64,000 bases of DNA from a virus (Duplodnaviria > Caudoviricetes): IMG/VR virus record IMGVR_UViG_3300028888_000078, positions 1-64,000 of that record, one strand, 5' to 3'. The position numbers were made by a program, and so were the translations under genes. Every line of letters starts with the position of its first letter. Positions within the stretch are counted from its first letter, which is position 1. The notes beneath the pieces were generated by a model. That model saw only the letters and a list, made by a program, of their open reading frames with translations. It searched no databases and had not been told where the DNA came from. This document shows positions 52,101 through 64,000 of this stretch, piece by piece.

Positions 52101-55100
52101 AATGCTGTTGTTTAATGCGCTCCAATTCCAATCTGACCAATTCAAATCCATCAAGCTACGATTTATCTTTATCACCAAGAGACATTCCTCCAACGTATCT
52201 AAACATTGGATCTGTTGACGCGATATTTTTTACAGTTCCTGCTTCTATCTACTTTTGCACTTCAAACAACATTTGAAGACGCTGATTGAGATTATAAGTG
52301 TTGCCGTTATTATCAACAAACGTTATTGCGTCATAAAAATACCTGAATTTTCCACCGTTTCCAGAGAAATCTAATCTTCCATCCTTAACATTTCCGTGAT
52401 AATTTTCTACTCTAAGATTAGAATTTTTTACAATTCGTTTTACGTTCTTGGGATCGTAATAAGCAATAACTGCTTCTAATTCATCTTGCATATAATCAGC
52501 AAGTTTTGTTAGAGTATCATCACTATATTTCCTAAGACCGATTCCTTGTTGATAATCATTATATAAATCTTTTGCAGCTTCATCGATAATTTTTTTGTAT
52601 TCAGAATTAGGATCAAGATGCTTGTACCAAGTTCTTGCATCATACTGCCAATCTGACAATTCTTTTTCTCCGTCTGGTTTAGAATGCTCTTTTGCGTATG
52701 CGTCATATATTACAGGATTTAATACTGTTCTATATGGCGTAAATAATATTGCATCATGACACAATTTAAGACTCTTATGTGATATAGAATACCACGTCTT
52801 TTTATCAGCCATTGTCGGAAGAACAATCTGATCTCTTTCTAGCATCTATAACTTTGCAAGATAGTCTTCGATAGGCGTTATTCCGAAATAATCAGCGCCA
52901 ATATTTCTATTTCCATCCTTTATACCAACGAACGCATTTAGTTTGAAGTGAGAGTTTAGATCAACCGGATCCGTATCGTTTTGAGCAATATCTAGCAGCA
53001 TACTATGTCCGCAATATTTAGACTTTTGCATTCTTGCACCAAACTTCTTACCGTCTATCGACAACTTTCTTACTCTATCCGATACAAAACTATTACTAGA
53101 TATAGGATATATAGTATTTCCGCTCGGATCCTTAACAGAGAATTGTCTTGCAGACGGATGGACTATATTCATAGATGCCGCAAATCTGTATATACTAGAA
53201 GATTCATCATCGGCAAATCCGTGGAACAGTTTGTCTAAACTATGTGCTCTAGTATCACCACCAAACTTAATAAAGTCTTCCTTATCGGCCTTACTTCCTG
53301 CTTCTATAATCGCATCTATTACACGAGGAATAGTATTCTATGGAAGCTCTTTATCTTTTTGTTTACCTTTTACAATAATCTTTTCAGTCTTTGCGAATTG
53401 AGAATTTATTACTTGGAGTTGTTCTTGAATGGACGGATTTTGTTTTTCTAATGTCTATTTTATAAACTCCTAGATAACATCTTCATCTGCTGTTATACCT
53501 ATTTCGCTATAAAGATCTACAATAAGAGGAATTATAGTACCTCGCATTGCCTTGTTCAGCTGTTTATTATCCAACAATGCGTTGTTTGTACATTCGGATA
53601 ACTTCTTTCTTATATTGTCAATTTTATCTTTTAGACGTTTTGCATAAACAGAAGACACTGTGTTTTTAGAACCTTTGATGTCTATCAAGCCTTGTCCTGT
53701 TATAGACTACGACCACTCTCGTATGGTGTTTTTATTGGCTTCTAGAGTATTATCATTAGACAGTTTCCAATCTCTCTACCGATCTGCGACAGACGTATTT
53801 GATACAATATCTCCGCCGACATCGTCCATACTATCAAGACCGACTCCGTAATCATCATAATCAACAGCGTTTCTTCCCTCGGGGTCATAAAGCGTTAGGA
53901 ACGATACTTGCGGTTTGTTGCTGTTTACAGTAGCAAATAATTGACTTTTTAAGATAGTGTTTTGGAATTTAGAAGAATCGATACCGTTTAACTTCTGTAG
54001 CAATGCGTAGAAGAAAACGTTTCCTTTAGAAAGTCTTTCTACCATTCCCATCATAGACGTATCAAGATACTTACCATCTTTATCAACAGCATCTATTGAT
54101 TCGCACAACCATAACTTATCTGTAATTTGATTCCATGCGTTGGAGTATGTCCACATCTCTTCGTTGCCGTAATCGTCATACTTCTAAGTATACGTTATGT
54201 TTCCATCATCATCGATCTCTCTTTGAAGAATTGGGATTTGCTTCATAAACAGCTTTGTTCTAATAGAAGCATTATCTTTTTTCGATACAGAAAGATCAAA
54301 TACGTCCCAAGTATTATCCGGCTTTTCTTCTTTTTCGTCTGCTTCCAGCTCTTTATTTGAGTCTAATTCCTCAAGAGAACTTGCATTATTGTCAATTAAG
54401 CGTTTTGCTTTATCAAGATCCTTTATTTTGCGTATTTTGAATGAAAGTCCTAACTCTTCAAAATACTCAGAAATTGATTGTTTTATTCTGTCTGGATTGT
54501 TCAAAACCTCTCTGAGTATATTTTTATTCTCTTCGAGTATATCGGTAGATGTTTCAACCCAGTCAGACAAATACTTCTATATATCACTAACAAGGGTTCC
54601 TGATATACGTTTAAGATCTTTTTCGGTATCCAGCTTCTAAGAATGTATAAAATGCTTTGCCAATGCTGCAGAGGCGTCCATTAACTACTGATGATCTACT
54701 ATATATTGGAAGTTTTCATCTTCTTCTTCAGATAGCGTAGGAACATAATATCCTATCTAGAAAACGCCACCTTTCTTGTGATATGCGTTGTGGAATTCTT
54801 TTATGGATTCTTTGCTAATAGGAGTTCCTTTGTATGCACCATTGCGAATTTGTTTGAATACATTTTTATACAAATGTTTGTTCCTAAATATAAAAATAGT
54901 ATCCATTACATTGTTGAACATTCGTAGAATAGATCCTTTTATAGATTTATCTTCCTCTAGTTCAATCCATTTACGGAAATCTTCTGCCAAAAGTTCTTCG
55001 ACTTCTCCGTATTTTGGATTTTTGTGCTTTAACCATGGATGACTATTTAAATAGGCTTTGTATATAGCAATACGAGTCTGTTCGTCGTGTATAAGAAGGT

Positions 55101-58100
55101 TTACATAGTGCCATGCTTCGTGATATTGCGAACCATGACCACCGCGCTTACTGAGCCCGATATATCCAAACAACTCTCCTGTAATAGTATTTACTGCGGC
55201 GTCAACGACACCGAATACTTCAACATCATCTACTGCAGATTTAATACCGTTCATTACCATCACGTTGGCTGGATCTATGCCTAACGTATCAGCAAGCCAC
55301 TTTCTAGCACGTTCTTCGTTAAATTTTCCTTTAGATTTATTCTTTTGAAATACACCAGTAACGCCTTTTATGAAATAATTTCTGTCTTGAACTGCCACCT
55401 TCCTAACATTCTTGTCATGCGCTTCGGAACTTTTTACCGAATCGATACGAATGTGTGTTTTTCCAGTATTCTTGTTCTTATAGAAAGTTGCTATTTCAAC
55501 CGCATCTTTTTGCATTTGCCTAGAAGAATACTTCAATGTATTATCTTCTACTATATCTGCTTTAGAAAGATTTGTTTTGTATTCTTTGTTGTATTTATCT
55601 ATTAAAGCCTGAACAGCGGCATCGTGCATTTGACTATCAATCTTATTCAGATCGTCGTCATTTTCTTCATCGATAAGCTCTCCTATTTCATTAGCATATT
55701 CCATAATGTCGTCCACTGTACGATCTTCTAACAGTATAGCCTCCAAGATGTCGTTTTCTTTAACGTCTACTCTATCTAAAAATTTACTATTACGAGCTTC
55801 TGTACTCAAAAGAAAATTAGTAAGCTTTTCTAATTTTTCTTTAATTGCCTGTTTGCTTTTTTCAAAGATTATACCAGATTCTCTTACAGCTATCGGCAAT
55901 TTAGAAATGATACGCTGTTGCTTCTTTTCATCATAAAACGTATTTTCGTCAGAAGGTGTCAAATCTGTACTTATCTCTGGTTTAGTGTCTACCGATATAC
56001 CAGTTTTCCTGGACGCTTTTTGCTCTGGTTTATTTTCCTTTGGCGTTTTTACACCGTTTGCAAACACAAATGGAGCTTTAAATACATCTTCGCCAACATT
56101 AGTCTTTATATGTCCGGCTTTTATCATCCATGCAAGAATAGATCCTTTTCTTGGTTTAAGACTAGCAAGATTCCTAGCAGATCCAGAATCCGGCATTGTG
56201 TAGAAATCTCCTATTCTGAATGATAATTGAGGGCATCCCATAATAGACACTTCACTGTTTAGATATTGTTCTGGCGTCATATCATTGAATCTGCCAGACT
56301 CGGCGTCTTTTGTAATAAGATGTCTGATTAATGCTCCCAACGGACTGGTTTGTATAGCAACTGACGCAGATTCTTGGAATGTAGCAGCGTCTGTATTCCA
56401 GTGCATTTGTTCTGATATGGCCTATACAATATACTGTCTCAAATCTTCGTTCTGCATGATTTGGTCTTTTGTAAACTGCATAAGTCTATAACTACCATCT
56501 TCAGCTACTACAAACCCATCGCTTATATTGTCACAAATGCGTTTTAATTCAGAAGTTTGTTTAAGTCCTATATTAAACATCCACGTATCATCTGATACAA
56601 CACGTCTTGTTTGTTTTGATCCGTTTTCAAGAGTTATCGTCTCTGTAGAAACAGAAGGTCCAAAATATAACTGTTTTGCAGCAAGATTATTTAAAAGTCC
56701 GTCTTTTGTTTGAGGCTATGTTTCGAGAAGAGTACCTGCATCTTCGTTTATAAATAAAGGAACGAGTGATTTGATATCTGCAAATCCAGGAAGAACATTT
56801 TCGCCAAGAATCATATAAAGCAAAACTTCAGCAGCACTTGGTCTATACTTATCGTCAGCTACTTCTAAATTTCCACCTATTTTGTTGATTAACAGCTTTA
56901 TTTTGTTTCCGCCTCCTCTAGAAGAAACAGTTTCTAATCCGCCTTTATCTGCCTGTCTGTGTTGTATATCAAATTTTTCTTCGCCGAGCATAATCGGAAC
57001 CTATCCTTTGCCCATAAGCGAATTTACTATCCAATACAATTTACCAGACATTCCTCCGTCTTCAAAGAACACGCGTTCCTCTTGTCCTAATACATGGCCA
57101 AAAGAAACAATAGACATTGCTCCTGAAAGTTTCGCCCGTTCACCTTTACCTACTCCTATTATAAGTTGTTCTTTGTCTAGTAATTCTTGTATATCGTCTA
57201 TAGAAGAATCCTCATCTTCTATTGTCCTGAATATTGGAATTCCTCCTTTAGTAAACTGGCTATTTATTTTACCGTTACTTTGCGTTACACTCGCAGGTGT
57301 CACAACACCTATTTTTGGACTGCTTGGAAATACATAATTGTCTCCATCCTTATCTAAGTATGCGTTTATTATAGCATCTCTGTTTGCCTTAAGTTTGCGT
57401 ATCTCGTCTTCTATTTGAGATTCTGTAAATATTGTTTTTGACTGTTTAGAGAAGTATTGCCTGGCCGCATCTTTAAAATAAGAATGTTCCTGATCCCATA
57501 TAGCTTTTCTGTTGTTATACGCTTCTTCAGATTCTCCACGTTCTCTTTGGATAGAATCCCATTCTTTTTCTGCGCGAGCCTTTGCTTTAGAATCGTCTCT
57601 ACGCAATGACTGTTTTTCAAGAGAATATCGTTCCTTGGCGTAATCGTTTATGGCTTTGTTGTATGCTTTTGTTACTTGTTCTCTATAATAGGCGAGTTTT
57701 GTCTCATAATCTTTATCAGAATCATCTGCTTTTCTTACAGGAATTTTTATATCCAATCCAGAATATGCGATAACTCTAGCAACGTCCATATTTTTGAGCA
57801 ACAGCCAATGTTTTAGTGCGTCTTTTCGACTTATGTGATACTGTTTTGGGTTACCGTCTCTTCCTTTATTCTTTGTATCGATCGACAAAATATCGCCCAA
57901 TGATCTAAATACAGTAGCGTATGACGCGTCTTTGTCTTCTATTATAAGAGCAACAGTAAATGCATCAGTATCATTTGGGTCTACATTCTTTGAAACCTCG
58001 GCCTATGTTACAACATAATAAGTAGAACAAGATTGAAGCCATGTAGGACTCAATAACTTTTTCGCAAGTTCTGCGCCAGGACGAAGAGGCTTTCCGTTGA

Positions 58101-61100
58101 ATTCTGTGATTTGCTTCCCGTTCACAGTGAGTTTTAGTGGCGTAGACTCTTCATCAAATTTGTAAAAACACGTCTACCACACAAGATTCACAGGAACATC
58201 TCCAACAATGTCGTCTATATTTTTATCAGACATATCCATAGTCTCATCTGGAGTAAGAGGCGTGTCTTCAGCTTTATTCATATTATCAAACTGTTGCCGT
58301 ACTTTTCGCTCTTCTTCTTCTCCGAGCACCTCACCATCGACGTCAAGTATGCCAGTTTCTTCGTCTTCATGTATTAAACCGTAAGTTATAGCATCTTCCT
58401 CAACATAAGTAGGATCTTCTGGGACTTCTACTTCATTTGGATCGATGTCAATTCTATCAGGCTCATCCTCTTCTCCTATAAATTCGGGCACATCTTCTTC
58501 GCCAATAGCGTCTTCTGCATCATCTATGTTTGAAGAATCAACGTCATCAGGCAGAGGGACAACCTCTTCTCCTTCGCCGACAATTGGTTCTGGATCAGTT
58601 ATTGGCTCTTCCGACGCATTTTTATCCTCTTCTTCATGGAGTTCTTCTACAGCAGTCTCTTTGGTTTTGTTCTCTATTACAGAAGCCTCGGATTCACCAT
58701 ATTCCTCTTTATCCTTTTGCTTCTACTGCTTTCGCTCGTCAAGAAGTTCTTTTTCAGTTTTCTTTTTTCTTCCGCTTTCGTGATAAAAATCCTTTCTAAG
58801 CTATTGTTCAGCCTGACTTGGGGTATCTGTTCCTTCTTGTGTAGTACGCTCAATCTTCTCTTCCTCTGCAACAGGCTCTTTTGCAGATTCTTCTTGCGTA
58901 ACTATAGGTCTACGAGATTCTTGTTCTGCTTGTCTGTGAGCTATTTTGCGTCTTTCTAGCTATTCATCAATTCGAGAATCAATAAGTTTCCATGCTGCAT
59001 CTTTAGACATTTGTTTTAAATCTTTATACAAAATTTCATCTGTATATTGATCTTTTTCAGCAGTACTTAACGCATTATATTCATCGAGCCTTTTCTTATA
59101 CGAAGCTGCATTTTCATCAAGTATTGTATTTTCTGCACCATATCCAAAGATGGCAGTTTTCAAACTTTCGGGATTTGCCTAAATTGTAGTATATGCGGCC
59201 ATAACGGTAGCCTAAGCGGCTCTTATTGCTTGGTTTAATGCATAGTCCGCATATAATTTTTGATACTCTGCGTCGTCATCAAATTTATAATCCTCTCCAA
59301 AAACCTCTTTATAGTTTGTATCATTCCCAACAAGATGTTTTTCTTGTTCTTTTAGATGTTCGAGCTGTGTTTGATAATGCTTTACCCAACCTTGCACTTT
59401 CGAAGGATCTACATCAAGACCTGTCATATAACGAACTTTTTCCAAAGCCGCAGCTTGATCTTCTGCCCACTTCATATTGTCCATTACAGCCTGCATCTTC
59501 TTATATTGATGCATAATCCTTATCCGGCGCTCTATAAATTCTTTCTTGGATATAGGTTTTAAAGATTCTTCATACGCACCCTTAAGAATTTCATCACGTT
59601 CTGTTTTATCTTCGGCGTTCCATATATTATCTAGATCGCCAAGCCATGGTTTTATATGCGGTTTATTTGAAGAAACCCAATCACGAACGTAACGATTGTT
59701 TCTAAAACTTCTTTCGTCTTTTATACTATCTGTAAACTTCTTTTCTTGATCGGGATATAACATATTGTAGAGATCTTTGAGCTTACCATTCTATACTATC
59801 CGATTGGCCATTACTCTAGCAGCAGATGGCTGCACTTTGCTTTCCCCTTTATGTTTGCTGCCGCGCTTCTTTTTCTTATAGTTGTGTTTGATATCCTCGT
59901 CGACACCAAACTTTTCTATTGCGGATTTACCGACTTTTTTATAAAGATCCTCTCCGTTTGTTATTCCTTTTGACCATTCGTCGAAAGAAACATTAGGCTA
60001 ATTACTGTGCTCTTTTAGATAGGTTCGATATGATTTGTTAAATCGATCAATCATGTCGGCAAAGTGCGGATTTGACATCATTATTTGCCTCTTATCGCCA
60101 ACAGAAAGATCTTCGTCGAATAAAGACGACAGTAACTCGAGATGTTTTTCTTGCATCTAATCGAGTTTTGTTTTTTGATCATCAAGAAGCTCAGAACTTT
60201 TATGATAATCCATGATAGCAGTAGCGCCATCTCTAAGATACTGTCTATATCGATCGCTATCTTTTTTAATGCCGCGCTTCTTCATTTCTTTGTTTATGTT
60301 TTCGTCATCAAACAAAGTCCACGTTGCGGTCATAAGTTTTATATCGTCTTCAATAAACTCTTTCTTTACAGTATCTGTTACCCTATCGTATTCGTCCTTT
60401 GTATATCCAGTTGCCGCCTTAAATTCATCATCGCTTAGAATATTCTTTGCGTATTGAACAGCTAACGTGCGTTTTTCTCCTGTACTTGGATCCGTTATTG
60501 TTATTGGTTGAGTATTATCGATAGCTTTTGCTAATGTGGACAACGATTCAACAAGGTTTGCATGAGTAGCACCTCCCATAAACCTATCATAGAACATATC
60601 AATATGGGTCTGATCTTGCAGTGTTTTTTGTTGATCCGCAAGAATTCTTACGGCGACGTTATCGCTTCTAAGTTGTCTAGCAAGGCCGCGTATATTATCA
60701 GAAGACGGTTGTATGATATTTCCAAATGAATGAAACAATTTGCTTTGAACTAACGAAGACCAGAATCCAATATTCATAGCTTTTGTTAAATTTTTGTCTC
60801 CGTTGTTGGCATCCCAAAAACCCAAACCAAAATAATCGGCAACGGCTGTAGCAGCAAGGCCATTATTCATAACAAACTCGTTGACGTCAAACATAGACGT
60901 CTCTTTGTTATAATCATCGTATTCTCCGCGATTAAAACGTTCTTGTAACAAATGCTGCTGTCCTTCTTCCACCGATTCTATCGCTCCTGTAGCTGCGATC
61001 TTTGTTGCTTGATTCTTTGCAAAGTTTGCAATATGTTTAGTATATAAAGCAGCTTTTGCTTTATTCTAATCAACAAATCTTTTTACAGCCTTGTTTACAG

Positions 61101-62844
61101 TAACATCAAATATTCCGTCAACACGATTAGTCATGTCTTCTGCATATTTGAAATTCATTACTTTAGAATCTGGAGCATATAACGTAGTTCTAAGTTTTTG
61201 TCCTAGCGTTTTTTCTCCAATATACAAATTGTCTCTAACAAACCTTCCAGGAACTTTTAACGCCTTTACAACATCTCCAAAATAACTCATATACGGAATC
61301 GATTCAGCCCAATCCATAATTCCAAGAGCGTTGTTGGCGTTTATAAGTTTATTGATACCAGCCCTTGCTGATTTCTTTGCATTTTCGAATTCTTCACCAG
61401 CATAAACATCTAATACAATACCAAGTTTCCAAAGCTGTCCTTCATCCAAAGATTCCACATCAATCCCAGCAGCAGAACCCTGCTGGCGTATCGTATCTAA
61501 TATCTGTTCAGGATCTCCGCCGAGCTACTAAGCCAATTTACCAGTGCGTTCACCTATAGCCTATATTGCCTCTAGGGCAGTTTCATCTTTTCTGCTAGCC
61601 AATGCCGCACCAACGCCTGCGGCAATGTCTGTAGCAGTAAGGGCTACACCTAGACCCGGTATCTTTTTTATAAAAGCCTCAGGCAAACGTCTTATTGCTG
61701 CATCTACTCCCATTGCGCCAATTTGATATTTCATCATATCAAGAGACGATGCTATGTCTGCGATCGCATAAAATGGATGAACGAATGCTCCAAAGATGCT
61801 TCCGTTTTGAAAATCTTCTCTCCCAAGCTTCCAATCTTGACTTATTGCATTCTTGTCATAAAGATTATTTATGCCAAAAATCCTACCTTGTTTTAAGTCA
61901 TCCTACTCTTCTTTTATATTTTCTATTCCGGAATTAATATCTCGCAACGTGTCGCTATATTTCTATTCTAAATCTTTATCAACGTTTCCTATTTTCGAAA
62001 GATCCTACCCTAGATATAACGCATCTATTGCGCTATCCCCGTCCTAAGCTATATTTTGAAGATAATCTCGAATTGCAGTAGCATTACTCCTTTCATCGTC
62101 AGTGGCTTTATGATATACATCTTTTAATTCTCCATAAGCGCCAGACATGATTTCTCCAAGGACGCCGGCTGGTTTTGCAAATAGATTTGCAGTACCTTCT
62201 ATAGCAGAACCAACAAGACCAGCAAGAGTTCCATGTTTATACCAATCTATTCCTACTCCACTATTGTTCCATCCGCGTTTAATCGCTTCCCACGGCAACC
62301 ATACATTAGCAGAATTAATGCGAGCACCGTCGTACATGTTTTCTGCTATTACTTTGTGAGTACGCCCTTCTCCTTTAAAATAATCATCTAGATCTTGAAT
62401 TTGAGAATTCAATATATCTAGTTGATTCTTCATGTTCATAGTATCTTCTCTAGACCATTCTGAAATAGACGGATCGTTGTTTATCTTATCCAGGAGGGCG
62501 TCTCTAGATCTTATTAGACTTAGATAACGTTGTATGTGTTCTAAATCTTCTTTATCTTGTTTTAGATCAAGTACGTTCGCTTCTGCCGCATCAATGTCCT
62601 GTTGGTCCATTTCTTGATTTATAGAATTCCATAAATCGGAAATATTCTATTTCGTAGAGTTCCACGCAGAAGAAAGGAACCCTTCATCATCTTGATGAAG
62701 AGATTCCGTTACAACTGGGTCATCTAGATTACTTACTATAGTAGATCTATCGTAGCTGCGAAACAAATCACGCCTGTTTTTATTCGCCTATATCTGCTAC
62801 TGTTCGTACTATTTTAACTATTTATCTAAGTCTTCGTATTTCAT
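46120..62844 (-). CDS. Giant virion RNA polymerase polyprotein (about 5574 aa, TAG recoded)
   Basis: 21 ORF-track fragments in one frame, those checked ending at TAG; RIPTQ and GSDYDVDKLF catalytic motif (49741-49761); zincin HEAWH...EELLAE; not every gap was checked for TAA/TGA. Confidence 0.87.
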
Positions 62845-62846
62845 AA

Positions 62847-64000
62847 TTAAATATCCATGTCGTCAATATCACTCTCTTCGTAGCCGCCCTAACGTTTTCC
62901 AGCAAGACTTTTTGTTAAAGAATGAGAGTCGTGATACATATCTATCTGAGAATCATTAAATGCTCTGGAATCAATTGTTCTAGACACTGGTATATATACC
63001 CATTTTTTAATAGCAAATACATTTTTATTATTTTCACTATCGTATGTCTTATCGTATTGATCCTTTATTGTTGCGCCAATTTGTTTTAAAACTGCGTCAA
63101 GATTTCCTTTAAATCCTTCAAGGTCACTATATTTAACCCTAACGGTAGTGTTAATATCCCACAATCCTTCATTTTGTCCGTATTGTAGATGATTTACACT
63201 GATATGATCTGTATTTACAAGATGTCCAGATACACCGTTGCGTTCCATATAATCCTACAACTTGGCAGATTGACTTCCTTTTGTATATTGTAATCCTGCG
63301 TATGTAACCTGTCTTGCCTTTGTAAAGTTAAGTGATCCATCTGGAGCAAAGCTAACTGGTCTACGTTTTACGGAATTAATATCGCCAATGGGTTCTGCAG
63401 GATTCAAACCAGCTGCTAGTGCTATTGCCGTATTCCTATCATCACCTTCAACAGCAGTCTAATGAGCCCTATAATTCATAGCAACTAAACTTCTGCTATC
63501 GTCTCCCATTCCGTAATTACCAAGAGCCTATTTATTTTTATCCATTCTTGCGGATATCTAAGCTTCTGTTGGATTTTTTATACCTTCTGCAATAAGCTGC
63601 TATTTTGCTCCAGATATCGTAGAACCTTTTCTAACAGTTTCTAACTTCTTAGAATAATCCTCGTAAGCTTTTCCGCTAGCCATTACTCCAACGCGTTGAC
63701 GATAAGTCCAACCTCTGCCTTGAGTCTTTTGCTTGTTTTCTTCTATTTGTTCTTTTATTGCAATCTCTCGTTCTTTTAAATCAAGCTACTTGCGTTTAAG
63801 TTCCAACGTTTGATCGTTATAATAATCCTTTCTATCTCTACTCAATGGTGTCATTATTTGGCTATCCGCAGCAACAGCATTCTATACAAATTGCTCATTT
63901 ATCTATGCTTCTGTTGGATTAGATATACCAGCTGCCTGTAATTGTTGTTTTGCAACTTCTTTATAATACTAATATCCAGGCATTCCGATGAGTCCTGGTA
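62847..64000 (-). CDS. Virion/cargo protein, 5'-truncated by the window (TAG recoded)
   Basis: Frame of ORF 62889-63248 continues through TAG to TAA at 62847, 2 nt before the next ATG. Confidence 0.75.

Noticed and set aside
39848-64000. Pseudogene or frameshift interpretation of the fragmented minus-strand ORFs
   Set aside because: Fragments stay in frame and the breaks checked are all TAG; recoding explains them

Overview
This is a 64-kb segment of a crAss-like (Crassvirales-type) phage genome, probably infecting a Bacteroidota host, in which TAG is recoded in late genes (most likely to Gln, code 15). Left end (1-5.8 kb): a leftward operon with a dUTPase split by a group I intron carrying an HNH endonuclease, an amber-suppressor tRNA(CUA), and HU/IHF-like and GroES-like genes, plus back-to-back ECF-type promoters. 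Middle (5.9-39.7 kb, + strand): early/accessory genes, an ECF sigma factor and a replication module (PolB, SF4 helicase, Sak4-like ATPase, SSB-like protein, primase, nucleases). Right (39.8-64 kb, - strand): TAG-interrupted giant virion genes of about 2086 aa and about 5574 aa, the larger carrying the virion RNA polymerase DxDxD motif. The most unusual content is non-coding: two hammerhead ribozymes, a circularly permuted two-piece tmRNA, several tRNAs and tRNA-like mimics, a roughly 2.3-kb ORF-free hairpin-rich region, and two arrays of repeated stem-loops. One array displays a GAGCC-W2-4-GAGCC loop whose variants sit at the start codons of replication genes, suggesting a CsrA/CsrB-like protein-sponge regulatory system. 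All calls were made by eye; no database searches or folding programs were run.
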